Below, piece after piece: positions 50,303 through 63,192 of a stretch of 64,000 nt of DNA. The position numbers and the translations under genes are program-made. The stretch is from Calcarisporiella thermophila CBS 279.70. Its lineage: Eukaryota > Fungi > Calcarisporiellomycota. The DNA lies in contig NW_027192226.1 of the NCBI RefSeq assembly GCF_041956535.1, positions 1-64,000 on the forward strand, in the 5' to 3' direction. The notes under the pieces are model-generated. The model was not told the origin of the DNA and did not search any database. It worked only from the letters and a program-made list of their open reading frames with translations. Within the stretch, counting starts at the first letter, position 1, and the number at the start of each line of letters is the position of its first letter.

Positions 50303-50439
50303 ATTATTTCCCGATTTTGGTCATTTATGATCCGTTGCTTCGAATCCTCTTAAAAGACATTTTCCCTTGATTTTTATTGATCATATTACAAGACCATTCT
50401 TGAGATCTTCTCGATATATAGCATTTACCGTCTTACATA

Positions 50440-53400
50440 ATGCCTCCAAGAAAAAAAAAGAATGTCGCAGTAGATGTCACTCCTTCAAGAGGTAGACATG
50501 GAGGCAATGATGTACAATCGTTAGCTGCATCAAGCGTAGTTGGTGAATCTGATGAGACGGATTGGCTCTATGGTAATTATAGTTTGTGATTTTGGAATTT
50601 AAATGGATTTATTAACGCCCAAAATTATTTCATATCTTATCAACAATGTTTAAATATTATTATATAATTTCGTATATAGAGCATGTTTTAAATGAAGATG
50701 CCTCACTGGAGGAGGCAGCATCTTCTTGGCTTGAGAAGTATGAGAGTGAACCAATGAATGCACTGCTTGATCTAGTCAATTTTCTAATTCATGTGAGCCG
50801 CAAATTTCATTTTCAAATTTTGGGATAATTTTTTAATTTATTTTTATTGACTATAGGCTAGTGGTTGTACAAGCTCTATAACAGAGGATGCTTTGGAACA
50901 AGAGGCAGTGGAAGAAGCATTTGAAGAATTGCAAAAAGAATTCAAAAAAGTAAACTTCAGTTTTTGGATCCCAACAGTGAATATTCTAATCCTCTCTGGC
51001 ACTAGGAGTATGCGAGTGAATATCCACTCGTCTCCAAATCAAAAGAGTTCAAAGCCTTTCGACAAAATGCGCTAGAGTTTTGGGCGCGTCTTTTCAGCCA
51101 AGGAAAAGAAACTATTCTATCTGACGAAAAATTTTTGACAACTATTAAGAAATGGATCGTTGGAATGTCGACGTTAGTATACCATTTCTTTTGATCTGAT
51201 AATAATCTGGAGCTTTCAGTAATTTTGTTCAATTAGTTCACACGCACGACCGTTCCGCCACACTGCAGTAGCTATCTCCTATCACTGGATGACATGTCTA
51301 TGTGACCTAATTCAACCGTTACATCAAGAACTTGCAAATCTTATGAGGCAGCAACAAGCAAAAGGCTCGAGTAGTGGACGAAAGAAAAAAGCAGGGACTA
51401 AGAATGAAAACAAAATTGAGGAGCTGAATGCACATAAAAAGACGCTTGACACTCATCTAGACGACCTGAGCTCAGAGTAAGTAGCATGGTATTTTATTGA
51501 AAATGATTAGGTAATTAAGTTTGTTTGTTTTTTATTAGTATTTTCAAGCAGCGTTATCGTGATGTAGAACCGATCATTCGCATTGAGTCACTTAAAGAGC
51601 TAGTTATCTGGATTAATAAGTACGAGGACTTCTTTTTGAAGGATGATTACCTACGGTATTTTTATCATTTGATTAATGACCAGGCAAGTAGCTCTTAATT
51701 TAGAATAATTTCGCCTTAATCTAATGACATATAATCATATTTTTTACGCTGTGTTGAACATTATTCTAGGCAACAGCTGTCAGAATTGAGGCAATTCGTG
51801 GTCTTGCAAAACTCTTTACCAAAGAACGCCTTATCCCAAAGTTACGTAACGTCACCTTGCGCATTCGTGATAGACTTGTGGAAGCGGCCATGATGGATAC
51901 CGATTTATCTGTGCGTATATCAGCGATCGGAGTTCTAACACACGCCGCAAAAGCAGGCTTTTTGGAAAATGCACATAGAAAACAACTCTGCCGTTTGCTC
52001 TTCGCCGACCATCCTAGGCTACGGAAATCAATCGCGCCTTTAGTATGTCGTACGCTAGCGGAAGATTATGTAGAGCCTAAATTGACAGCATTGGAAGATT
52101 CTGAAGAAGGTTCAGAGACACCAACGCAGGAATCTGTGGAAGTAGGGAATGATGAGGTGAAGAAGAAAAAATGGGTTGTGTATAAGTGTCTTGCCGAGTT
52201 TTTGGTTGAAACTTCGGCTAAGATTAATGAAGAAGCTAAGTCCAGCGTGCTCACCGATCACCATGTGGACACAAATGAAGAAGTTACGGAGGTGAGATCA
52301 GAAATATTTGAGAGCAATCTCAATATTCCAAACGAAGACGACGCTTGGATTGATGGATTCGAGCAAACCACTCGAAGTCCAATTTCTGAAATTTTGGAAG
52401 CTTTGTGGCATGAGGTTGATGAACTCAAAGTATGGCCGAGTATTACATATAGATTATTCCATATGATTGATTTATTACTATTACTAGGACTGGGGTACTA
52501 TTGAACAATTCCTTTGCTATGACCATACAATCACACAGGCGGATATCGCATGGCCACGAGGTCGGCTTAAAGAAATGAATGAATCATATCGACTTACAGA
52601 GACAGAGGAGACAGTTTTAGTAGAGGTCTTTGTTGGGTGTTTAAGGTTAACCATCACTCCACCAGATACTTCTACTGCTATTGCAAAGAAAAAAAAGGTG
52701 AACTATACCCTTCTTTATCCCTCTCGATTTCATTTTCTAAATTTCATTTTCGTTTTGGATCTAGGTGCAGCTTCAGAATGAGGAGGAAAAAACCAACATT
52801 TCTCGACACATGATTGATACATTACCCCAACTCTTAACCAAATATGCACCAGAGCCATCGCGACTTTATCATATTCTCACGATCCCCAGCCTGATGAATC
52901 TGGATATATACTTGGATATGCGGAAAATATTGGTGAATGATTATTTCTTTAATACGCTTTATCATGTATTGTCCTAACATGTTAATTCGCCTATTCATTT
53001 TAGGCTTTTGAAGAGTTGGTGGATCAAATCGGAGATCTCTTTCTTAAACATACCTGTCTCGATCTTATCGCAAATGCTGCAACCACTATTGCTCATATTG
53101 GCCGACATGAGAGTCTAGCAATGTCCTATCGTGAACGCCTTGAATCTTTAAGACAGGAAGTTGTGAAGAGTTTTGTCCAAGAATGTAAAGGGCTCGACAT
53201 ACCTACCGCCTATCTCTCCGTCGATAAACTACGCACTCTCGCTGCTGCAATCACGCGAATACAACGATTGGGCGAATACATGAACTTAAACGAAGAATTG
53301 GATAAAAAGATCAAGAAAAAATCGGAAAGTGATTTGGAAGAGGGATTTGAATTTATGGAAATATCGGCATTTCAATTAGTATCACAGTTAGTGGATAGAG

Positions 53401-55745
53401 GAGGACTTGGCTATCAGGAGGAGGAAAAGGTAATACTTTTTACTTTTATATTCACTTTCCTTTTTAATTAGACTATTTTGTGGGTAGATGATTATCGCTG
53501 GGATTAGTACGCTTTTTCAGCACCTTTCATGGAACTTAAAGACAACCCACTCTTCAAATATTGAGGAGGATCTCTCAACTGAGGCTTACGAATTGCTAAG
53601 AACTGAGCGTAGTAACTTACTTGAAATGTTCGATGAATATGCATTCCAATCGGAGAATAGAAATGACAGGCCGACTACAGAAGGTGTTAGGAGAACGGTT
53701 TGTATACAAATAGAATACATTATCCATCTTCTATTCGTTGCTAATTAATTCGTTATAGGCCTTCACCATGTTGGGCGATTTGTACTGGCTCTTTACTAGT
53801 GACTTATTTTATAATGCACGGGGGCGCAATATGCGCCGGCTTTATTTGCGATGTCCCTTAACTACACAAAAAAAGATCGAGGAGGCAATTACTAAGGAAA
53901 TCGAAGACTGGAGAGAAATCCTTTCCGCTGTTAACCAAGCTAACCAAGAAGCAAACAGTCAAGGCGATAACTTGGAAGACGAGAGAGATGAATACGAGAT
54001 GGAAAATGAGGATAGAATAGAATTACAAACACCACGAAAAAGCGGGAAAAGAAAAGGTACCAACAAATATATGGATATAGTTGGAGAGACGAAGCCTATA
54101 TTTACCAGAAAAGGTGATATCTGTTTTTATTAAAAGTGATTTTATTTAATAATTACCTTCTTCATAACTTACATATTAATCGTATAATAGGCCAGCAGCC
54201 GGTTGCCAAATATTCATTTGTATCTATTAATCCTATTAAGAGATATAACTTCTGCAAAATGATGGCTGCATTTGCGCGGCTAGCTATTATGGGAGTGATC
54301 AATGTTCGACATGCCAAAACTCTTCTCTCGTATTATGGCCGACTGGATGACGCTTTTGACGAAATTGTTCGTGGAACAGTCGACGTGTTACGCGGTCAGA
54401 TGATGCAAGTCGAGGAGGATAGTCGGCTACAGCCGTTCATGCAGACTTGGTCTGCGGCAATGAGCTCTTCACTCATGTTGTATATCAACGATAGTGGAGA
54501 GAATGATTCAATATCACCCGTGCAATCGCTAGCAAAAACGCTGTGGCACGCATTCAAAGCACGCGAAGGGGATCCTCGACCCCGCGCGATCATGACTGGA
54601 TTAAGAGCATTACTTCGGTTGCACCAAGATGGAATTCGGCATGTGACAAACTTCATTAGCGAAGAGAACATATCCGAGAAAGAAAAGCGGCGTGCCCTCA
54701 AATACTTTATCATATTAACCTATCTTCTGAATGGAATCAGCGGTCGAGATGCATCCAATATGTAATTTATATCTTTGAAATTTATATTGAAATTTACTAA
54801 TTATTCTCTTCTCACTCCTCATTGTTCTTTAACAGCTCGGAATATATGGAAAAAACTTTTGGTGATCATTCTATAGTCCCGGATGAGGACACATCTGAGT
54901 GGTCCCCCTACTACACTTATGTGAGGCGGTTGATGAAGATTGCTGCCTCTAAGGGCCTCCAGCTCAGCGTAGGTCGCACTCCCCGGAGTGTCGGACGAAA
55001 ACGTTCTCTTGCTACTGTTGGTGGTGGAGATGAATACGAAGGGGATCCAATCATGGATGATGAAGACTTTGCAACTTCAACACCTAGCAGAAATCGCAGG
55101 AGTTTAGGCAAAAAGAAATCTACACCTCGCCGCAAGCAGTTGGAATTGAAAGTGACGAGCGAGATTGAAAGTGAAGGCGAGGGGGAAATATCAAAAAGAA
55201 AACGGGGCCGGTTAGCGAGTGTGGGCGAAGAAGATGAGGATCAAGAAGCTGAAGATGAGGGTCAACTTCAAGATCGTAGAAAACAGCGTAAAACTGAAAT
55301 CGGAGTCGAAGAAGCTGAAATAATGACTCCCAAGCGTGGAATTAGCCATCTCAACAAGGAACATGAAGAGGATATAGACGGAGAAAAGAGTTTTAAAAAG
55401 AGAAAGAGACCGACGCCTACACCTACTCGACGATCGCAGCGTGTGAGGAGCTCTCAGGTGAGTTACGTGGAGAGATCGGAGGACGAAGAGGAAGAAGGTG
55501 AACAAGAAGAGGAGGTGGAATCAAAGCTAGTGAAAAGGCGGAAAAGTGGGCTTGAGGTGAAAGCGACTGGAAAGGGCAATGAATCCCAAAATGAAGTGAC
55601 AGGAGAGGAGAGTGAGGAAGCTGAAAATTATAACCAATTAGAGAAGGAGCAAGAAAAGCTTGGGGAAGAAGATGAAGGGGGTAAAGTGCAGGAAAAAGAA
55701 GAGCGAAGGCCACAGAGAAGAACACGACGTCGCGGTGCAATATAA
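50440..55745 (+). CDS. SCC3: Cohesin subunit Scc3/STAG (stromalin family), many exons
   Basis: STAG motifs EYPLVSKSK.FK.FR, RPFRHTA, RYRDVEPIIRIESLKEL..W..Y...FL.DDYLRY, D.D.SVRI.AI, and a long charged disordered C-terminus. Confidence 0.88.
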
Positions 55746-56002
55746 ACCCTTATATTTGCTTGTATGCGATATTCGAAGTTTCCGCCTATTTCCATATGTT
55801 TTCTCTTGGTTAGGAATTAGTATCAAGAATTTTGTTTTGTTTGTACTAGGATGACATCAAGCATTATATTAATATAAATATAGTATACGCTCAGTACATT
55901 TTCATTAAAGTTTATGTCAAAATTAAGAGAGCAGACGATGTAGAAAATTTACTACTATAAAGTATCCATCATAACCAAATGCGAATAGATACGACAAGTT
56001 AA

Positions 56003-58527
56003 TTATATTGAGAATCCTTGCCGCCCATTGTATGTTGGCGTGCCTTGATGACCCATTAGAAGTTGAGACAGATCTTGTTCCTGATTTTGTAATGTAGTGC
56101 ACACAGCGGGAGTCGAGATGGAATCATTCTGCAAAAATTCTAGATTGGCATTGTCTCCTAATTCAGTGAGCAAACCGCTTAACTCTCTATACGAATCCGA
56201 TTTACAAATCTTGGCTTCTTCTTCACCTAGACATGCTGGAGGTGAAGGCAAATCAATTACGTAATTAGCTGGTTGAGATAGGTTAATAGATTCAATAGGC
56301 TCGGATAACGTTCTAATACTCTCTGGTTGGAGAAGATTCTGTCTGGGGAGATCTGAAAAGGGAGCGAAGGAAATGTGAGATGGCTCATGGGCCGGTGGAG
56401 ATGGCCACCCAAAAATTGACTCATCACTTGGTTGGACCTGTGAAGAATTCGATTGGGAAAACTCCATAGAATGCGGCACGCTTGAGGGCTCTTGATCTTG
56501 AGTGGGTTGAAGCAGTACGACTATTGACTTATTCTCATGCATAACCTCATCTTTTGTTTCCAAATTCACTAATGAATCTAGCGTTACACGAGGAATCACT
56601 ACAGTTATAGTAGCATGGGGATTGCCATGCGCATTCATGTATCCAGGGGATCCCGCTCCCAAGCCCTGATCGTCGCTAGCACGGGCTATCACGCCTTCGA
56701 TCAAGCTAATTAGCTTATTATCGTGATACCCGATATGTTGAGAATTCAATAAAGAAAAAGTCATCTTCAACCTAAATAATGCTTCTCTGCGTTGACTATC
56801 CGTTCCGGCTCCTGCCACCAGAAGGTGAACGCACGCACTTGTACTCAATGCAAACACAATAAGCGAATGGAGTGGGAGGCTGTAGGAATCATCGAGAATA
56901 ATCTTAGCCAAATCCACAATTGTGTCGGCCGACGCAATGCATTCCGAGAGTCGATCATTTTCGACCGTCAGAAGGATATCATTGCCCGATCTAGGAAAAC
57001 GAGAGTGAATCAAGAGAATGTTGAAATAGAGTAATATCTCAGCTGCATTCACTGGTGATAAATTTGATGGGATGGAGCTCATCAAAGTGTGTAGTGTAGT
57101 CGGCAGAATGGAGACGAATTTTTGTAGTGAATAATGTTCACCGTCTGCCACCTCCCCTTTTTCGGGATTTAGAAGAGAGCGAAAACCGGTAGCCGGAGTG
57201 ATTTGCATCCAAATTCCCGATAGAAACTCTGTTAAGTAGGCGAAATTGTAGAACGTGCGAATGGCGTGGGGGTGCTCTTGATACGGAGTGCAATATCCGT
57301 GTCGTAGGTCGAGCGCATACAAGACTGACTCATCTTCATTCTTGACGGGAAGATGTAGTTGTTTTTTGAAAAGATCCTTATCAACCCTTGTCCCAAGTTG
57401 GAGGTAGCCCCAAATGAATGAAATACGCATCGCCCACCAAAGGTTATTACGCAGCTCTCTTTCCACAGGGTCGAGTTTCAAGTCGAAATGGTCGCTATCT
57501 TGTTCATGGATCCGTAGTTCATGCGCCAGCTTCCAGGTCATTGCCATCAACGGTATGGCTTTTCTAGGTTGGCCGTTATAAATGAGTTCAGCGCCCAAAA
57601 TGAATAGACCTTGTAATTTGGTGAGTGAAGGTTCTGTCTTCTCATGTTCAAGCAATGAGAGGGCATATTCAATAAAAACGGATCCAGGTCTCCCGCTTTT
57701 GGTTTGATTAAACAGCGGAGTACGCGACAAATTCAAGGCAGATGAGAACACGACCGAGTATAGAAATGGATCATAGCGCTGATCGCGATAATTGTTAAAC
57801 ATAATTGTGCGGCTTAGAATAGTGGGGAACGTATTCAGTTGGAACCAGGCATTGATAAGCATGATGCCTTGGTCGTAACTAATTGATTTTAGCGGATCCC
57901 GATGCTTGAAAGGTAAGGGAGTTGGCTGATATCCTTCGTTGCCCTTAATCAGTCGAAGTTTTTTCTCAACACTTTCATCGATACTTAGCGAACTAATCCT
58001 CTCAAGAATTAGGCCAAGCATTTCATTAGTCATAACTTTGGGAGCAGGAGAATAGGCAAATTGAATTCCTCGCGCCCATCGCCACCTCCATCTACGATCA
58101 AGGACAGGACTAGATACTTGGAATATCTGGTAAAGGGGTCAATAGAATAAGAGTTAATACTCAACATTCATTTGAGAGGTTAAATGAAATGGAATGTTAC
58201 ATTCAAGCCGTTGATAACCTGATCGATTTTCTCGACGTACATTTGAAAGCGCTTGTACATGTTCTCTTGCTGTTGCATTTTCAAAGCTCGAGAATCGCGA
58301 ATCTCGAGTAAAGACTGTTTGTCATTGCCCAAAAGACGACCGCGTGGACGTCCTCTACGGAGCTTGCTCTCAATAAAAGTACATTGTATACCAAGATGTT
58401 TGCAGCGAAAGCAACCCTGGCTATTTCCATCACACCTTAGTTTCTTCTCCCGGCAGTTCTGACACGCACGGCGGATGCGATTCGACTTTTGGTAGGTAAA
58501 TCCTTGAAAAACGAATGTAGCTTCCAT
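56003..58527 (-). CDS. Zn(II)2Cys6 transcription factor with fungal TF middle homology region, 816 aa, 2 exons (58527-58201, 58126-56003)
   Basis: CQNCREKKLRCDGNSQGCFRCKHLGIQC, an AT-hook-like RRGRPRGR, LTKLQGLFILG and DPVERELRNNLWW. Intron 58127-58200 splices in frame. Confidence 0.92.
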
Positions 58528-60306
58528 AACAATCGAGGAATGATCAATTAGAGGAGTATTATTAGGAGTATTATTGTATTATTATAAAGATAATATAAAA
58601 TTTTCAATCAACCACCATCTTCTACTTTTGTAGCAAAAGTCGTGGGTATTCCTTAAATACCGTCAAGGGTGATTAAATATATTGCTATCAGATAATCTTA
58701 AACAAGCATTCGCAGTCTTTGCCACACTGTTTGCTGTGTGGAGGGAGCAGATCTAAAATTGGGCAAATGAAATTCAATTTCATGTTGCAAATATTTGTCA
58801 AATAGTGAAACAGTGAAGATTAAACCGAACTCACAAAAAGGTAATAGTTTTAACTCAACAGTCTAATGTATAAAGTCTCAAATTATATCCCCTATAGTCC
58901 CTATTCAAGGGCACATTTCTTCCAATCCATCACTATAATATATTGCAGAATGTCAGCGCATAATAATCGGGTGGGGCATCGTTTATTTATTCAATTCCTA
59001 TCGCTTTGTCACCGTGCTGGGGATCAGTTTCTCTCGTACAGCAATATCTTCACATGGGTTTCGAACTGAAAAAGTAACATCCCATTAAATCCGCTTCCAA
59101 TTAAGGGATATATTTTTAAAATGTGACCGTTTTATGTTTATTTATTATCTAACTATGCTTTCCTATCCCTTCTCCGCTTCGTCCGTGCCGCGGAAGTGCT
59201 CCTGATGTCATATATCTTGCCTGTTGCACATTCGCCAAGTTCTTTGTGCACCTGGTCTCTTTTGCAAGGTACTTAGCAGCATTTATCATGGTTTTGAAGT
59301 CAGTTCATTCGGCAATCGATCCCTCCTCAATGTCACGCTTGGACCCTTTACCAATACAGGTAATTCACATTACAAAATAATGTTTACTCGATAAGGAGAG
59401 GTTTTGGTGCCTAACACCCAGCTACCTAATTACTATTCTTTTGCTGATCCCCGCATGAGCCAACTAGTGCCCAGAGAACATGTGTGGAGAAAAATGCTTG
59501 AGTGCACCCTCACAATTGCGATCAAATCAAATGTTTGAAAGTTGACGCAAGGCTGAAGTTGCGTAGAGCAAGGGCAATGTGTAAGACAGTAATAGAGTTT
59601 ACAAACTCTGACAGACAGAAACACTTTTGGAAAGTCATTCTCTGCTAATATTAAACATACTCGCTGGCCTGTTATTTGCATTATCCATTATTAAGCTTAT
59701 TTCCCTAAATAATCGGCATCGAAAATACGCTTGGGCTTGGGAAATTTTCCTTCTGCCTTTGTGAACCTGACCTTGAGTGGCAAAGTATTCCAGTTTTATC
59801 GTTAACTATGTATCGGGTAAACCTCAATAAATTTGAACGGAAATTACAGGGGCAACGTTTATTCGAATTGGATCAATAGAAGCTTGAGTAATAGGTTGAA
59901 TACTCTTTCGTATTCTGAGTGTCAATTGGAATATATGCCAGCATTGGATTTCCATTCGACAGAATCACCTAGAAAATGCGTCTAATTTGAACAGCTCTAA
60001 ATTCCAGGAATATGACTAAAGAGTTCTGATTTTGTAAATCATTTAATGATATGAAGTTGTCATTTAGCTATATTATATACAAAGTCAGTTTATCTACAAG
60101 ATTATTTACTTACAATAACCTGCTATTTCAAAGTTATTTGCATAATGAGTAAAATAAAACCATGGTTGCTAAAATAACAATAAAACGAAATGTTTGAGGT
60201 AGGGGACATTTGGGAGCTCAGTTTGTGGGATAGGCCGTAGTAAAAAATATTGAAATATCTATAGTCTAGAGGTCAATCCCTTCCTTTTCATACCTATACT
60301 TTGCTA

Positions 60307-62406
60307 CTATGCTGTTGATGAAATGATAGTTAATCTAGTCGTACTTGACGATGAGTTCTTTGGCGATTGTATTAGCATAACCAACACGCTCGTCATATTA
60401 AACGCAAAATTATCCGTGACATTAATGGCCGAAAGTGGCTCCAGGCTAACTCTAGGAATCAAGACTGGAATGAGAGTAGATGGATCACACTGAGGAACTT
60501 CAGCAACAGGTGTAGGAGCCGGACAATTCTCAGAGCGTTCTATCAAATTCTCGAGATTTCGGATGAGCATATAGTCGTAATATATCAGAGACTCGTTTTG
60601 CAAAAGAGAAAGGATTCTACGCATATTTCTCAGAGCATGTTCACGCTGTCCGCAAATTCCTGATTCAGCTAAGAGAATTTGAATACAAGCACTCGTACTC
60701 AGCCCAAATACTGCTATTGAATGCAGCGCAATGCTATCCGGGTCATTTATCACCAGCTCGACTAGATCTACTATAATATTTGCTGATGGCACGCACTCTA
60801 TAACTGCATCACTGTAGATAAACACAATTGGACTGTCACCTGCTTTCGGGAAGCGGGCATGGATATAAAGTGTGCTGAGAAAAAGTAGTATTTCTGCCAT
60901 GTTTAACGGTGGAAGATCTTCTGGAATTTTGTTTATCATCGTTGCAAGCTTGGAAGGCGAGAACGATATCTGGGATGGTGGAGACATAAGAAAATTTTGT
61001 GCAGACTCTTCATTATCGGGGTTATATAAGGACTGAAAGCCGGCAGTGGGGGGAAGTTGCAGCCATATTTCTGTCAGAACTTCCGTTAGATATGCACAAT
61101 TATAGAAGGAGCGGATTGCTTGAGCTTGGTCTTGAAGTGAAGTGAAGTAACCATGTTTCATCTCGAGTTCATAGAGGTACGACTCAGTCTCGGTTTTAAC
61201 AGGCATTTTCACATAACTAAAGACTAATGCCTTGTCTACCGGCGATCTGATATGAAAATAGCTCCATGTAAATGCAATTCGCATTGCCCACCAGATGTTA
61301 TTACGAAGTTCACGCTCTACAGGATCAAGTTTCTCATTAAAGCCTTCCATGTCCTGCTCTGGAATTCGCATCACAACTGCCATCTTCCATGCCGTTGCCA
61401 GCAACGGGATCCCGCTTTTTGACCGACCGACGCGTGCCAAATCGCATCCCAAGATGAATAGTCCCTGCAGTTTAGTAAGAGATGGGCTTTGTGTGATATG
61501 ATTGAGAAGTGAGAGAGCATATTCCGTGAAAACAGATCCCGGTCTCCCGCTTCTGGTTTGGTTGAAGAGAGGAATGCCAGAAATCATCAGAGCGGACGAA
61601 AATAGGGCGGAGTAGAGAAAAGGATCCACTAGTTGGTTTTGGTAGTTATTAATCATGACAGCGCGACTGAGAATATTAGGGAAGGTTGTCAGCTGAAACC
61701 ACTTATCGATAAGTGTAACTGCTTGGTTATAGGTGATTGACTTGAGGGGATCTTTATGTCCTAGCGGCATGGTTGTAAAAAGACTGTTGGCGTCCTCTCC
61801 ATATTGAAACAAGATAGGGAATTTCTTTTCAAGTGTTTCCCCTACATTCAATGCGCTCAGATTTTCTACGAGAATACCAAGCATTTCGTTGGAAATAATT
61901 TTTGGATAAGGATATTGGATTGAATTCATCCGCCGGGACCAATCAATCTCCCATCCAAGATTAGCTGTGGGATGAGCAGTTCTAATCTATAAAATGAGAA
62001 CGGCAAAATACATTTGTGTTAGCAACAATGAGAAGAGGCCCAAAATACGTTCTGTATATTAACTCACATTCACGTTGGCAAAGGTGGGATAAAGCCTCTC
62101 TGCACACATTTGTACTTGTTCGGACATGCGTGCAATTCGCTTTTTACGAACCAGTTCTCGAGGAGTCATTTTAGCTATTCCATTCTCAGAGAGAATAAAA
62201 TGACGGGCCTTAGAACGACCCCTTGGCAATTGGACTTTGGGGTATACACATTGGATGCAGTGTAGCTTGCAGCGAAAACAGCCGGAAATATTACCATCGC
62301 ATTTTAGCTTCTTCTGACGGCAATAATAGCATGCCTTACGGCTGCGGCAGGGTTTTTGGTTGAGATGAGGCTGAAAGCTCAAAAGATTGAAGCTGGGGTT
62401 AGACAT
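60307..62406 (-). CDS. Zn(II)2Cys6 transcription factor paralog, 672 aa, 2 exons (62406-62068, 61986-60307)
   Basis: CYYCRQKKLKCDGNISGCFRCKLHCIQC. Shares DPLKSI, SGRPGSVF.EYALSLL and DPVERELRNN.WWAMRI with the first copy. Intron 61987-62067 is at the equivalent position and phase. Confidence 0.92.
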
Positions 62407-63192
62407 GAATAGGCTGCTGAACTGCTTCTCTGTTAGTGTGCCTGAATTGACAGTTGAGGTGTAACCTAGTATTTATTGATTTGAAAGGGCTCTAGAAGGT
62501 ATTAGGTTAGGATTCAGGGATGAGTTCAAAATGGAAATTTAATTTCATGTAATGGCACAAAATCTGGTCTTCCCCAAGCTGAAACAGAATCTTCTGCGCA
62601 TCAAAATCAAAGCGCGGCAGTATTGTAGCCATTGCAACACAGAATATTCTTCTATGAGGAGCATTCTATATATTTGTATACTAAAGCTGTCAAATGACGA
62701 AGTTGCACCCCCTAAAAATTCGAATTGACCGCTTGCTAAATCTTCAGATAAGCACTCAGAGATCTGATTCTGGTTTAGTTTTGCCCGAATATTATTCCCA
62801 AAAAATTTTTTTCAATTTCATGCAGAGTAATTTATGAATTGTCAATACCAACTAATATCGCAGATAAAGAATATTATCACCTGAAGCGCAAAAAATGGCA
62901 TATAAATACTTTCAAGTGCTGATAGGCAGCATACATTCAACAATCCTATAATGTCATTGAACTAAGAGAGCTAGAGCAAAAAGCAGTTGATATATGAAAA
63001 GTACAAGTAAGAGCATATGAACACATTACAAATAAACAAAATAGTTACAATGATATACAGGTGTAAGGTGGAAGATAAAGAGTTGTATATCTAATTGGTA
63101 GTACAAGCAGGATTAGCTGGCATCACCATAAAAATAGGTTCAGATGAATTTGCTCATTATAGCCAAGGGGGACATGTTACTAGCTCAATTAT

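Noticed and set aside
59150-59700. Possible gene remnant between the Zn2Cys6 paralogs
   Set aside because: It is slightly GC-richer with a faint F-box-like look, but has no sustained frame or reliable motif.
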